Shown: in pieces, positions 34,832 through 52,428 of the stretch
How the letters are laid out: each line of letters opens with the position of its first letter
Position numbering within the stretch: the first letter of the stretch is position 1
Assembly: GCF_009914755.1 (NCBI RefSeq)
Contig: NC_060947.1
DNA length: 64,000 nucleotides
Source of the DNA: the human T2T-CHM13v2.0 reference genome, Homo sapiens
Direction: 5' to 3' (one strand)
Notes under the pieces: model-generated
What the model saw: only the letters and a program-made list of their open reading frames with translations
What the model was told of the DNA's origin: nothing
Database searches by the model: none
Translations under genes and position numbers: made by a program

Positions 34832-35517
34832 AACTAATTAATTATTGGTAAAGAAACGGAAGTTATAAAGAACCAAGCAAAAATTTTAGAATGAAAAATT
34901 TGTAATAGATGAAATGCAAAGGTTGGTAGAAGGACCCAGTAGTAGAATAGAGGGAGAGTACAGAAATAAGAATCAGTGAACTGGATGATAGAATCATAGA
35001 AATTATCCAATCCAAACAACAGGGAAAAATAGACTGAAAAAAAATTAACAGAGCATCAGGTCCTGTTGGACTATAACCAAGGACTTAACTTTCGTGTCAT
35101 CAGAGACAAGAAGAGAAAGAGGGTAGCGCTAAAAAGTAAATAATAGCTGATAGAAAAATAGGTGAAAATGTTCCAAATTTATGCCAAAGAGGCATAAATG
35201 AACATACTCAAGAAGCAGAGCGAACCCAAAAAGGATAAGCACAAAGAAATTTACAAAGACACATAATAATTAAACTTCTGAAAACCAAAGGCAAAGAAAA
35301 AAACTTGAAAGCAGTAAGAGAAAAATGGCATCTAACCAAGAGAGAAAAGACTATTTAAATGACAGAGGATTTCTCATCAGAAAGCAGGAAAGCAAGAAAG
35401 AAGTAGCCCAATACTTTTCAAGTGCTGAAAGAAAAGAACTGTCAACTCACAGCTAACGAAAATATCCTCCAGAAAAAAGAGAGGAAATCAAGGCATTGAG
35501 AGATGATGGAAAGCTCA

Positions 35518-35865
<348 letters not shown>

Positions 35866-37097
35866 TTATAACCCTGTCTGATATGGCTCTAAATATATGT
35901 AGAGGAAATAGTCAAGACAATTACATTACAAATGGGGAAGGGTTAAGGGACATACAGGGAGGAACAATTTTTAGACTTCACTCAAACTGGTAAAATAGCA
36001 ATGCCAGTAGACTGTGATAAGAGATGTATACTGTATATGATATCTAGAGTGACTGTAAAAGCTATACAAAAAGATACTCTCAAAAACACTATAGACAAAT
36101 CAAAATGGAATTCTAAAAAATGTTCACATAACCAATAGGAAGGCAGAAATGGAAAAGAAAGAAATGAAAACCATAATTTAAAAAATGACACACTTAAGCC
36201 CTAATACAGCAATACAATAATTATAGTACATGTAAATGGCCTATACATACCAATTAAAAATTGGTAGAAGGAATTAAAAACACGACTCAACTATATGTTG
36301 TCTGTATGAAAGTCACTTCAAAAGTAATGATATAGGCAAGTTAAGAGTTAAAAGATGGGAAAAAATATACCATGCAACATTTAACAAAAGGGAGTAGGGA
36401 GTAGATATATTATTATCAGACAAAGTAGACTTCAGAACAAAGAAAATTACCATAGACAGAGGAGGATATTTACAATGATAAGAGGGCCAATCCTCTAAGA
36501 AGTCTTAGTAATCATATGTGTATGAACCAAACAACAGAGCTTCCAAATATGTAAAGCAAAAACTGATGAAACTTACAGAGAAATTCACTATTACACAGTT
36601 AGAGAGTTCAATACCCGTCTCTTACCAACTGATAGAACTTATCAGAAAATCAGCAAGGATACAGAAGAACTCAAAAACATCATGAACCTTCAGGATCTAA
36701 TTGACATTTATAGAACACTTCACCCAACAAAGCAGAATACACATACTTTTCATTTTTAAAAATCAATTTATTGGGTATATTTAATATATTAAACATAATG
36801 TTACGGGATACATATAAATAATAAAACAGTTACTATAGTTAAGCAAATTAACATAGCCATCATCTTACATAATTATCCATTTTTTTGTGTAACAGCAAAA
36901 ATCTACTCAGTTTTGCAGATACTTTTAATACACAATTTTGTTAACTATACTCCTCATGATGTTATATATTAGATCTCTAGACTTGTTCATCCTACATATC
37001 TACTACTTTAAAAAAATGTCAGTAGCATTTGGGGTACAAGTGGTTTTTGGTTACATGGATGAATTATATAGTAGTAAAAAATACACATACTTTTCGA

Positions 37098-37385
37098 GCG
37101 GGGCGTGATAGCTCACTCCTGTAATCCTAGCACGTTGGGAGCTGAGGTGGGCAGATCACTTGAGGTCAGGAGTTCGAGACCAGTCTGGCCAATATGGTGA
37201 AACCCTGTCTCTACTAAAAATACAAAAGTTAGCTGGGCATGGGGGTGCATGCCTGTAATCCCAGCCACTTGGGAGGCTGAAGCAGGAGAATTGCTTGAAT
37301 GCGGGAGGCGGAAGTTGCAGATCACGCTACTGAACTCCAGCCTGGGTGACAGAGCTAGACTCTGTCTCAAAAAACAAAACAAAAG
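37098..37385 (+). mobile_element. AluS
   Basis: TSD AATACACATACTTTTC. Confidence 0.92.
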
Positions 37386-37757
37386 AATACACATACTTTT
37401 CAAGTGCCCATGAAAGAAATACCAAGATAGATCATATATTTAGCCATAAAACAAACAACGACAAATTTAAAAGAATTAAAATGATACAGAGTGCATTCTC
37501 CAACTACAATTGAATCAAACTAGAAAGATAACAGGAAAATCTTCAAACATTTGGAAACTGAACACTTCTAAATAATACATGGGTCAGAGAGGAAGTCTCA
37601 AGAGAAATTTAAAAATACACCAAATTGAATGAAAATGAAAATACATCCTATCAAAATTTGTGAGACACAAAGCAGTACAGACAGGGTAAGTTACAGCATT
37701 AAATGTACACATTAGAAAAGAAGAAAAATCTAATCAATAATTTAAGCTCCCAACTGA

Positions 37758-38177
<420 letters not shown>

Positions 38178-39973
38178 AAGAGCTGATTTTTGGGAAGATC
38201 TATAAAATTAACAATTCTAGTAAGACTGACAATAAAAGAGGGAAAACACAAATACAAATATTAGGAATGAAAACAGGGGATATCATGACATACCTAGCAG
38301 ACATCAAAAGAATACTATGCCCATGAATTTAATAATTTAGAAGAAATGGACCAACTTTTCAAAAAACATAAACGACCACAATTCATCAATATGAGAAACA
38401 TCATTTGACTGGCCCTATGACAATTAACGAATTTGAATTCATAAATGTGAAAACTCCCAAAAATCAATCTCCAGGTTGGGATGATTTCATTGGAAAATTC
38501 TACCAAATGTTTGAAGAATTTCTTTCAGAAAATAAAACAGGAGAACTCATTTTATGAAGCTAGTATTACTCACTGACCAACTCATTTTATGAAGCTAGTA
38601 TTACTTACTGACCAAAACCAGACAGACAATAGAAAAAAGAAAACTGCGGACCAATATCCTTCATGAACATAAATGCAAGAATCCTTAATGAAATAATAGC
38701 AAATATAATTCAACAATATATAAAAGAACTATATACCATGACAAGTGGGATTTATTTCAGAGATGCAAGGTTGTTACAATATTTAGGGCCAGTTGATGTA
38801 ATTCACTGTATTAGCGGGATAATGAAAACCAATCACATGACCATATCAATTGATGCAGAAAAAGCATTTGAAAAACTTCAACACCCAGTCATGGTAAAAA
38901 CTCCCCCCCACCACTCCCCCAGCCCCGCCAAAAAAAATTGGAATACAGAGAGGGGAACTTCCTTAACTTGATAAAGAACACCAACAAAAAACTGCAGCTA
39001 AGACTATACTTAATAGTGAAAGACCGAATGTTTTCCCCCTAAGATCAATAACAAGGCAACTTGCTCTCACCACTCTTATCCAAAACAGTGCTGGAAGTTC
39101 TAGCTATTGCATTAAGGCAAGAAAAAAAGGCATCAGATTGGAAAGGAAGAAATGAAACTATATTTGCAAATGACATAATTATCTATGTAGAAAAATCATA
39201 AGAAATTTACAAAAAAAACTCCTAGAATAAATGAGTTCTCCAATGTTTCAGGATACAAGATAGACATACAAAATCAACTGTATTTCTATATACTAGTGAT
39301 GAAAAGCAAACACAATATCATGTACAATCTCTAAAAAAAAGAAATACCTAGGTGTAAGTTTAACAATAGAAAAAATCACAAACAGCATTCTGTCTTTTGT
39401 AAAATTATATTATCCACTGACATTACTCAAATCCTCATGCAAAAAGGACTCCTATAATACATTGCTATTTTGGATGCTTTTTTTCTCACTAAAAAAAGAC
39501 ATGAACTGATAAGATATACAGATGATAAGTACAGGAAAAGATGTTCAACATCATTAACTATCAGAGAAACTGTAAATTAAAACTACAATTATGGTATCAC
39601 TATCTACAAAAATGGCTAAAATAAAAAATAGTAACACCAAATGATAGTGAGGATACAAAGAAACTAGATCTTGTATACATTGCTGGTGGGTATGTAAAAT
39701 GGTACAGCTAACATGGAAAAGTTTGGCAGTTTCTTATAAAACTGAATATGCAACTACTGTATAACCCAGAAATTGCACTACTGGGTATTTATCCCAGAGT
39801 AATGAAGACTTATATTCATGAAAAAAATCAGTACACAAATGTTCATAGCAGCTTTATTCATAATAGCCAAAAAGTAGAAAAAATACAAATATCCATTCAT
39901 AGATAATAGTTTTAAAAAAACTGTAATACATCCATACAATACAACAGTATGCAGCAATAAAAAGAAACATGCA

Positions 39974-40093
39974 GGCCAGGCACAGTGGCCCATGCCTGTA
40001 ATCCCAGCACTTTGGGAAGCCAAGGCAGGAGGATTGCTTAAGCTCAAGAGTTTGAGACCAGCCTGGGCAACATGGTGAAACCCCGTCCCTACA

Positions 40094-40130
<37 letters not shown>

Positions 40131-40362
40131 TAGCCAGGTGTGGTGGTGCACGTCTATGGTCCCAGCTACTCAGGAGGCTGAGGTGGAAGAATCACTTGAG
40201 CCTGGGAGGTCGAGGCTGCAGTAAGCCATGATCGTGCCACTGTACTCCAGCCAGAGAGAGAGCGAGACCCTGTCTCAATGAAAGAAAGAAAGAGAGAGAG
40301 AGAAAGAAAGAAAGAAGGAGGGAAGGAAGGAAGGAAGGAAGGAAGGAAGGAAAAAGAAAGAA

Positions 40363-40426
<64 letters not shown>

Positions 40427-40430
40427 AAAA
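39974..40430 (+). mobile_element. AluJ with (AAT)n linker and (GAAA)n/(GGAA)n tail microsatellite
   Basis: Direct reading. Confidence 0.92.
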
Positions 40431-41175
40431 GAATCGATACAGACAACAATCTGGATGAATCTCCAGAAAATTACGCTGAGTGAAAAAAGGCATTCCCAAA
40501 AGATTATATACTATATGGTCCACTGTATATAACATTTTATTAACTGCATTTTGGTTTAGCAAGATCCTGAATGTCTTCTCATTAATGTTGAATACAAGTT
40601 AAATGTATTTTACTGCAACCTAACTGGAAACTGGTTACCCATATATAGTATATAAGATGTCTCCACTAGCCAAAATATTTTAGCAAGAATATACCACTCC
40701 CAAATCATGCCATATAACTGACTTATTGCATCATATAATATTCTCTAAAATGTCATACTACCCTAAAGATATGCTTTCTTGTTCTATTGTTCCTCCTGAT
40801 AAATTTCATTTCAGAAGTTTTAAGAGAGGAAGAAAAACAATCAACAGATTGTGAACAAGAAATATTTGTTAAACATAAGCATTAAACAATTGGCCAAAAT
40901 ATTTCAGGGTAACTCTGATTACTATATGCCAATTGGTCTAGACTACTGGTTCTCAGGAGTTTGTTGCTTTTTCCAAAACAAAGATTGATTGGTTCTAAAC
41001 CTAAAACTATAAACCAGAAGGGGCACTTTGTATTTAATTTCCCCTATATTCATCAATAACACTAACCTCCAACAAGAGAAGTGACCACATTTGGATTTGA
41101 ATCAATCAAGTAAGAATCTCAAAATCAATCTTGAATACTGTGCTTCTCCATTAGAGAGCAGAGTTCAAACCTTAC

Positions 41176-41600
41176 TTGTGGACTGTCTGCCAAGGACGAA
41201 AGGAGCTATTGGTTGTACAGCAGTTGTGCCACTAGATGCCTAAGTAGCAGGAATAAGGGGTAATTCTACAAATGCTGTTGGCTGAGCGGCATGCCTCATG
41301 GAAACAATATTGAAACTGGTGCTCCCAGTCTGAGGTGTGCCTCCACCGATGAATGAGAAACCTAAATAGCAGAGGAGGGAGAAGAGCCAAAAGCAAAAGG
41401 AGTGGATGCTGTCACCTCATGTGACAGGGTATTGCTAGTTGCAGCATTAGTAAGGGTGTTGGCACCTACCCCAGAAGCCCCTGTAATCACTGTAGGTTGT
41501 GTGGAAGCAGTGTTATCCAACTTTTTTTTTTTTTAATTGTTGTGGGTTTAGTAGGTGTATAACTTTACGGTTACATGAGGTATTTTAATACAGGCACATT
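41176..41600 (-). pseudogene. Relic NUP62-like FG-region exon (dead)
   Basis: KLDNTAST...PFAFGSS / GFSFIGGGTPQTGSTSFNIVSMRHAAQPTAFVELPLIPAT*ASSGTTAVQPIAP aligns by eye with NUP62. Has an acceptor before 41600, an A|gtaagg donor, a frameshift, a stop and an L1 insert. Confidence 0.85.
41522..41597 (-). mobile_element. Short L1MA-like 3' tail with poly(A)
   Basis: TGCCTGTATTAAAATACCTCATGTAACC...ACCTACTAAACCCACAACAATT followed by poly(A) on the - strand. Confidence 0.75.
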
Positions 41601-41911
41601 CTAAATAGAAAAAAGGAAACAAAAATCAACATAATAGTTATCTGACATATTAAAAGGCAACTAGATAACATGGCTCCTGTCAAATTAAGTTTTAAATGTG
41701 AAGGTTTTGTTCTATAGGTTATTTCATCTCAATACAGAAAGATAACCAGATATTAATATAGGAATACATGTACAGAGCTCCATATTTCTCATTCATAGAT
41801 AAAGGTTACCTAATTTGATCCACCTTAAGGGGAAAAACATTTAAAAATGTTTTAATGGGGAAAGAGTAGTTCAGAAAATTTTGTCTTCTGTAGAGACAAA
41901 AGGACTTAGAT

Positions 41912-42238
<327 letters not shown>

Positions 42239-42869
42239 TTATTAAACAACACAAGTTTTTGTTTTAGACACTAAATCAAACAACACGCATCTCTTTAAAA
42301 CAATTTTTAGAGATTTTTTATCTTTTTTTCCACACTAACCAACTACAGAAAAGTTTAGAAATTTTTAAATGTATTTCATGACCCATGACAAAATGCTTTA
42401 ATATTTAAATTAATCCTCCTAAGAAAGATAATTTAGCATTCAATTACAAGTTATTAGATAACTATAACAGGATAAAGGAGAATTCCAGAGGGAATACCCT
42501 TGCTTTCACCAGGTTCTCAGGTGCTACTAAAAGACATGAGGCTATCAGTGCTACAAAAAAACAAGTGGATTTACCTAAAAAGGCATGAAATGAGTACCTC
42601 CTTTAAAATTCTGAGATGCATGAGGGAAAACTATATAATGAGTTCATTACAATGATCGATAGAAAAAGATCTCTCTAAAGAGTCACTTATTCAGCAAGTA
42701 GCCTAATTTCAAGATGATACATTTCCAAAACTCAGTGAGTACTCCTCCTATGGTTCACATAAAATGAAGGGAGTCCACAGTACAGAATTCAGTGTGCCTT
42801 GTGCCTCAAATCTCAGCTGCCTTCAATTTGGTAGACTACCTTGGGAATAAATAGCATAATTCCAAATAG

Positions 42870-43556
<687 letters not shown>

Positions 43557-44249
43557 CTAAAAAAGGATAAGAGAAGAATGGGAAAAAAAATTAGAGCTCT
43601 CAATGAGACCTCAAAGAAAAGATGGTGGACAGAAGCCACACTGGAGTTGCTCCCTCGTACTCCAAACTTCTAGAAGTACCAGTTTACAATCATTTAATAA
43701 AAACATTTTTTAATACAAAGCAAAGTTTTTCCAGAAAGAAGGACAATTTTTTAAGTGTCAGACAGAAAGGGAATTCATACCCATGAGCAGAAGTTAATGT
43801 TGATTAGCCCAAGATGATACCTTGAATGAGATATGTGCCTTAATAGCTGGAAATACAATGCTGAATTTGGGGTACGATTTAAGGCTACCTGGTAAGGCCA
43901 CAGGCTCCTGAATCAGCAGAGACCTAGTGAAGTTTAAATCTGAGAAACATCTACAGGAGGATGGAAAAGACAAGAAACATGTGAGAATCCCAAACTGCTA
44001 CAGAAGATATGCATAGATGGCTCAAATTCAATTTATGTTTGTGATGTAGAAACTTCAAGATAAGATGTTATCATAAAAACTGGTTAGGAGTTGATAAAAC
44101 CTTCAAGGTCCAGGCAGGTTGCCCATGACATTACTCAAAAGGGACATCTCCACTTCCTAGGTCACATATAGTCAAAAAAAAAAAGCCCTTAGAAGGTTAC
44201 TCACAGACAAGATATACAAAACATCTAAGTCAGTCATCTTTAGACCTAA

Positions 44250-44990
44250 GAAAATGAGAGAATTCTTATCCCAGAAATTAGAGATAAAAGCACAATCTGA
44301 ACAGCACATCAAAATATATGTCTGATATGTTCAAAGAGCTCAAGAAAGAAATAGCATCCATAAAACTAAGTGAATGTGAAAAAGAACCAAAAGGAAATCC
44401 AAGAAACGCCTAACAGTATTAGAAATAAAAATGCTCAAAAGACAGATTTAAATAATAGACTACACAGTTGAAGAGAAAAAAATTAGCAAATTAGAAGAGA
44501 GAACAGAAAAAAATCTGCCAGTACCGAGGGCAGATAAAAATAAATAAATAAGAAAGATGGAAAAGGGGAGAGAATTAAGAGATAAGGAGAAAAAGAAGCT
44601 CCAATATATATCCAGAAGGAACAGAGAAGGAAAAAATAGAATGGCAGAGGCAGTATTCAAAGAGTTGATAAGTGAATTTCCTAGAACTGAAGAAAAATTA
44701 GTTCTCAGATTTAAAAAGCCACCAAGTGCAAGCAGGCAATCCCTCCTCACTACCATACAAACACACATACCCGTTATATACAATATATTGAAACCCTATA
44801 GAGAAAAAATTCTCATAGTTACCAGAGAGAAAAAAACAAATTTACCTAATAAGGAGCAACAACTAGATTGACAGCAGGCTCTTCATTAGCAATAATAAAC
44901 ATTAGAAGACAGTGGGAAAATATCTTAAAAGTGTTAAGGGAAAAGTCATTGTGAACTTATAATTCTATCCCAGTCAAAATTAATAAAATG
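44250..44990 (+). mobile_element. Old L1 ORF1-region remnant
   Basis: A-rich, ORF1-like translation at 44557-44871. Confidence 0.65.
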
Positions 44991-45277
44991 AGATGACTAA
45001 AAATTAGTTTTTAACACAGTAGCTCTGAAAGGCAATTCTAACAAATTTCAAAAATGTCTCATTAAAACTAAGAGTTGCATTACTTTATGCACCACTAAGA
45101 AAGGAAGGGAGAAAAACCACCAACCTGTCATAATTCCTTATTATTTAATTTTTAAATACTTTTTGAAAGAGCTCTTTTCATTGTAGACATAGATTTTAAT
45201 CAAACATGCATATATTAGAAAAACGTATAAGCAAAGTAACTTGGTTAATGTATCTCAAAAATTCACATTGAGTCCAA

Positions 45278-45590
<313 letters not shown>

Positions 45591-46903
45591 CCAATTGTCA
45601 ACACAAATTTCTTGATAACTTCTATGCCACCAGGAGCACTGTTAAAGCAGCATTTTAAAAAATAAATTATAGGAGAACTAAAAGCCATTTTTGCTATGCT
45701 CTTAAGTCAGCTTTGCAAATATGTAGACTAGCTTCCTTTTGTCTCCCATTTCAGCATATTGGTAACTAAATCTGATTTACTATCTCCTCCATTCATTCCC
45801 CACAACCACTATTTTCTAAGAGTTAAAGGTGATCCTCCATTGTCTCAGGGATTTTTCACTTCAGTCATCCATTATGAAAGTTTTGATCCTAAAGATTTTG
45901 ATATTATCTGTGCATGCAGGAACAACTATCATGTCACAACTGCCACCTGGCCAAAAGATACCATTCAACTATTGGACTTGCCTCCATTTCAGAGATGTTA
46001 AGACATGAAAAAAATGTACCTCTTTAAATGGCTGAGATACAGCATCTTGAATACTGTTAGTGTCATGGGTATAAGGGAAAACTTTCCCAAGAGTAACTCT
46101 GAAGGACAACATTTATCTGAATGTGTTAGTTACAACATGCTTATTTTCAAGTCTTATACACATCTTAAAACTTTTTAAATGTGAGCTCCAAATGGTGATT
46201 TCAACTGTAACAACTCAATCCTGGAAGGCACAGAAAGGGAAGCAATAAGAGCATTTGCTGTGTTTAGTTTTATATTCCCAAGTGTACCCTTTCCTGAGGT
46301 TACAAGTGCTATGTTGTTATAAATTATAATATTATTATAGGTTTTATAACATATAATTATTTATGTGTTATATGTTTTAATATACATGATGATAATATAA
46401 ATATTGATAGAAAAATTCATTGTTGTCAAACCATGGTGGGTGTTTATCCTGTAAAAGAAATTGACAAACACTTCCAGATTTAGGTATTGTCATCAATGTC
46501 ATATTGCAGACAAAACTAAAGTTTTCTGGTAGCCATCAAAAGGTGGATTTTTTTTCCTATGCCCTTGCATTTATGGAATTTCTATTCTTTTGGAAATAAT
46601 TTAAGAATCTTCCTATTAAATGTAGCACATAACTTTAATTTTTTCTGCCTTAGAAATTTGAGAAATAAAACAAAAAAATCACTTTTTGGACTAAAAGTAC
46701 ATTTTTGTCACTAAAAATTTGGAATTAAATATTCTTGCCCTTCCATCTCATTTAGATCTTAAATATTTCATATCCTTAGCTTTTTTTATTTTTTAATCTA
46801 TTTTGCTTGACCAGTTTCTGACAAAGGTGTTTAAAAGCCTCCAATTATTATGAATTGTCAGTTTTTCCCTATAATCCCATTGCTTTTTCCTTTATATATT
46901 TCT

Positions 46904-47252
<349 letters not shown>

Positions 47253-48529
47253 TAGGGGCCTATATGAAGTTCACAGTTGACAGACTCTTCTTGGTAAATT
47301 TTCTTTCTTTCATCAGTATGAAGTAACTAATTATTACTAAACTGCCTTAAATCATATTTTGTCTGACACTGATGTTGCCTCACCATTTTTCTTTAGGTTG
47401 GTATTGGCCTAGTGCATCTTTTTCTATTCCCTTGTTTTCAACCTTTCTGTGTCATTTTAAATGTGGTTTTTGTAAGTAGCATAGCCGAAATATTTTAAAT
47501 CCAATCTGACAGTCTCTTAGTGAGTTTAACTTACTTACATTTATTGTGACTACTAACACTACTGGATTTTTCTTCCATCTTACTTTGTATTTTTTATTTG
47601 CCAGGCTCTATATATCTTTTATCTTTTTCTGCATATTTGGATTGATGAGATTTTCTTTATTCTCTTAATTTTTCCCAGGCGTGGAAGTTACATATTCTAT
47701 TAATTTGTAAGCATTCTCTTGAATTATTTCTTTTCACACAGAGTTAAATTTATATTTTTTAAAACAAAGTCTGAAATTATTCAGTATTCCCTATTCTTTT
47801 TTAACAAACAGGAACTTAGCACACTTTAGCTTCCCTATGCATATCATTACTTTATTAAAAAATGGGAAACAGGTCTGTACTCCCTATCTGTGGCAATCAA
47901 GAGGAATACGCTATCTCTGCCTTGTTGGGTTTCTCCAGACAACCTCTCTTCCTCTTCTAAGTAACCTCTCCTTATCCACACTGCCTAACTACAGGAGCTT
48001 AAAACTGATAAAACTACAGCTTTGTATGTTGAGCCCAGCTTACAGTCTCTCTTGGGTGACTCAATGCAAGCACACATATTCAAAGAAAGGAATACTAGAT
48101 GATAAAGGCCCTCAGCAGAAAGCACACTAGGCCCCCAAAAATCATCAGAGCTTATTAGAAGGGCTACTAGAAATGAGCAGAATGTTCCCTACCTGGCAGT
48201 CCAATCTAAATGGGGCTTACTGAATTAACTAAATGGCTGGAGATAAAGAAAACAACTGAATGAGTGTTGATGCCCACTAGACTGTTCTAGTCATTTAAAT
48301 GCATTTGGAGCCTCAGTTTCCTCACTTCTAAAATTCTGACGGTTCCATTAAGTGAATAACCAAAATATTATTTTAAAAATAAGTTTGTATAGGACTCTTC
48401 ACATATATTACCTTGTCTAATTTAATTTTATGTAAAGTGCTATGTGAAAGCTTTCCAAAGTATAATGCTGGGGTTATCCTCACTGCTGGTGAAGAACTAA
48501 TCAGTGTCTTCTAATCAGGTCTGTGTCTA

Positions 48530-49359
48530 ACTAATCAGGTGGGGACCTGGAGAACTTTTCTGTCTAGCTAAAGGATTGTAAATGCACCAATCAGCACTCT
48601 GTCTAGCTAAAGGTTTGTAAACACACCAATCAGTGCTCTGTGTCTAGCTAAAGGTTTGTAAACACACCAATCAGCACTCTGTAAAAACACACCAATCAGC
48701 GCTCTGTGTCTAGCTAAAGGTTTGTAAATGCACCAATCAGCACTCTGTAAAAACGGACGAATCAGCACTCTGTAAAATGGACCCATCAGCACTCTATAAA
48801 ATGGAACAATCAGCAGGATGTGGGTGGGGCCAAATAAGGGAATAAAAGCTGGCCACCCGAGCCAGGAGCAGCAACCCACTCGAGTCCCCTTCCAGGCTGT
48901 GGAAGCTTTGTTCTTTCACGCTTCACAATAAATCTTGCTGCTGATCACTCTTTGGGTCCACACAGCCTTTATGAGCTGTAACACTCACCGTGAAGGTCTG
49001 CAGCTTCACTCCTGAAGCCAGTGAGACCACGAACCCATCGGGAGTAAGAACAACTCTGGACGCACCACCTTTATGAGCTGTAACACTCACCGCGGAGGTT
49101 CACTCCTGAAGCCAGCAAGACCACGAACCCACCAGGAGGAATGAACAACTCCAGACACACTGCCTTTAAGAGCTGTAACACTCACTGCAAAGGTCTGCAG
49201 CTTCACTTCTGAAGTCAGCAAGACCACGAACCCACCAGAAGGAGGAAACTCCGGACACACCATCTTTAAGAACTGTAATACTCACCGCGAGGGTCCGCAG
49301 CTTCATTCTTGAAGTCAGCGAGACCAAGAACCCACCAGAAGGAACCAATTCTGGACACA
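48530..49359 (+). mobile_element. LTR12 (ERV9) LTR
   Basis: Tandem CACCAATCAGCACTCTG units, AATAAAAGC box, U5 repeats GAGCTGTAACACTCACC, ends ...GGACACA; 5' boundary uncertain. Confidence 0.92.
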
Positions 49360-50834
49360 CTATCAGCTGGCCCAGACAGTGAACATAAACTGGATTTCAA
49401 ACTATAATTTTAAAAAATTACTATTCATCTATCTCATGTATCAGCATGCAAATTATCTGCTCTGTGTACTACCTACTATTATTTATTGATTCTGGGAGTG
49501 TTCTTGGTAGTAGGAAACCTGATCTAGAATCAATAAATGATGGTCATTTCAGGACACACCACTTTATCACTCAAGTTCTAGACTCTCTTATGTAATATAA
49601 AGGGGAAAAGATAAAAGGAAGCACTTATTGAAACTGAAATCCCTTACCTTCATTACCTAACAACAAACCAAAAAGGTATTTTGATCTCCATTCTATAGCT
49701 GAGGAAGCAGAGGCTCTGAGACACTAACTTTCCTAGGGTCAAGCAACTAGTAAGTGAAGGAACCGGACACTATTCTTCTATTTTAATACTAGCTTAAGCA
49801 ACACATCATTAGGAAGATAAATCTACTGTGTGTCAAAAGGCAGAAACAAAATCAGTTCAAGCCTGGGTACCTATCATAAGCCATTTCAGCATAATGTTTA
49901 AGGATTTCTGTCTCACAAAGTATAAATGATTTTGAGAGTAATCATTCATTCCCCTACATTTACTTTGAGAAATGACTGTCAAGAGGTGACCAGCACAGAA
50001 GCTTAGCCATACGATTTATTAAAAATTGTTCCTAGTTTCTTAGAAGCAAATAGACTATTCTTCTTTAGAGGCAACATTTTCCCTAAACCGCCTAGTTATT
50101 GACAATCATCAAGTTCCACGAATGCACTCAACCTTCTCAAGAACATCATGACTGAGAGATCTGGCCTGAAAATTCACATATGATTAGTCATGTTATAAAA
50201 CCATTTCTATAAATAGCAACCTCTGGCAATACATATGATTGTTTAACACATCATTAATTAGAGAGGCAGAGATGCAAAGGAAGTACAAATTCACAGAAGA
50301 AACCCCTTGTTCTACCAAGATATAAAGTCTTCCAGAAAAAGTACTCAAGAAGAAAGTAGAAAAATCTAAGCCTCAAAGCACAGTAATGACCCTATTTGTC
50401 AGTAATAGTTATGCATGCCAACTCTGGAAGTAAAAACTGAATTACTAATGTCTTACTCTAAATGTTTCTGTTCCCAGAGAGAAATTGATAGGGAGAGATG
50501 AAGTTAGCCCAGGCATTTTGAAGGAAACAGAGAGGGATCAAACTTCAAATGGTAATCATCTTATGCCAAAACAAAATATAGGGCTTCTGAAAATGGTGCA
50601 TTGGTTTCAAGTTCATATTAAACATCTTAAGCAGTATAATTTGCTGATTATCTTTCACATTAAGTTCTTTTTTCCCCCTTCATACTATAGCTTCTCAAAG
50701 CCTTAAGGTCAGAATCTAATTTTAAGACCTAGAAAAAGTTTTTATTTTAATCCCAAATGAGGATGGATCAATTCTTCAAATGTTAAAAGTGTGATATTGC
50801 TGAAGACTGTTAATTGCTCATGTGAAGTTTGATC

Positions 50835-51348
<514 letters not shown>

Positions 51349-51649
51349 TTATAAGAATCTTTCCCAAAACTCTGGAAAAGTAGAGCAAAAAAACCCTCAA
51401 AAAACAAAAAACTGGAGAATTCTGAAGAATGATAATCATAAAAACCTTTTACAAACATGCAAGTAAGAAAAGTTGTCATATAAAGATCTCAAAAACTGTT
51501 ATTTACAAGGAAAAACAGATCTGGCTAATATAACTTAAAGTTTATTTTTTAATAGGAATGTTCACTTTTTTCATGGCCTCACTCCACAGAAAATAAAGCA
51601 ATTAAACATATGCTTCTGAAAAAATAAGCATAATTCTTATGTTTCTAAT

Positions 51650-51935
51650 TTTTAGTTTTTTAATTGTGGTAAAATACATATAATATTTGCCATTTTACCC
51701 ATTTTAAAGTGTACAATTTTGGTAGTATTAGGTACACTCATGATGTTATTCAACTGTCACAACTATCTGTTGACAAAACTTTTTCATCATCCTGAACAGA
51801 AACTCTGTACTCACTGAACACTAACTCCCTTTTCCTCCCTCCTCCAGCCCCTGGTAAACTCTACTTTACTTTCTGTCTCTATGAATTACTCTATTCTAGG
51901 TACCTCATGCAAGTGGAATCATAACAATATTTGCA
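51650..51935 (-). mobile_element. L1MB-like 3' end
   Basis: TTAATTGTGGTAAAATACATA...TACCTCATGCAAGTGGAATCATA. Confidence 0.8.
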
Positions 51936-52065
51936 TGATTTATATGAATCTTATCTCTATATTTACAACAACCTAAATGTCCAACAGCAATAATGGAATG
52001 GAGATTTTTTTAAAAGTGATTTAGTCATATATTGGAATACTATATAGCAATAAAAAATAACTTTA

Positions 52066-52428
<363 letters not shown>

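Noticed and set aside
40192-40562. KERK / FFLS-rich ORFs
   Set aside because: Translation of the (GAAA)n Alu tail
48560-49340. Repeat-spacer-like pattern resembling a CRISPR array
   Set aside because: Internal tandem repeats of LTR12; eukaryotic DNA, no unique spacers, no cas genes
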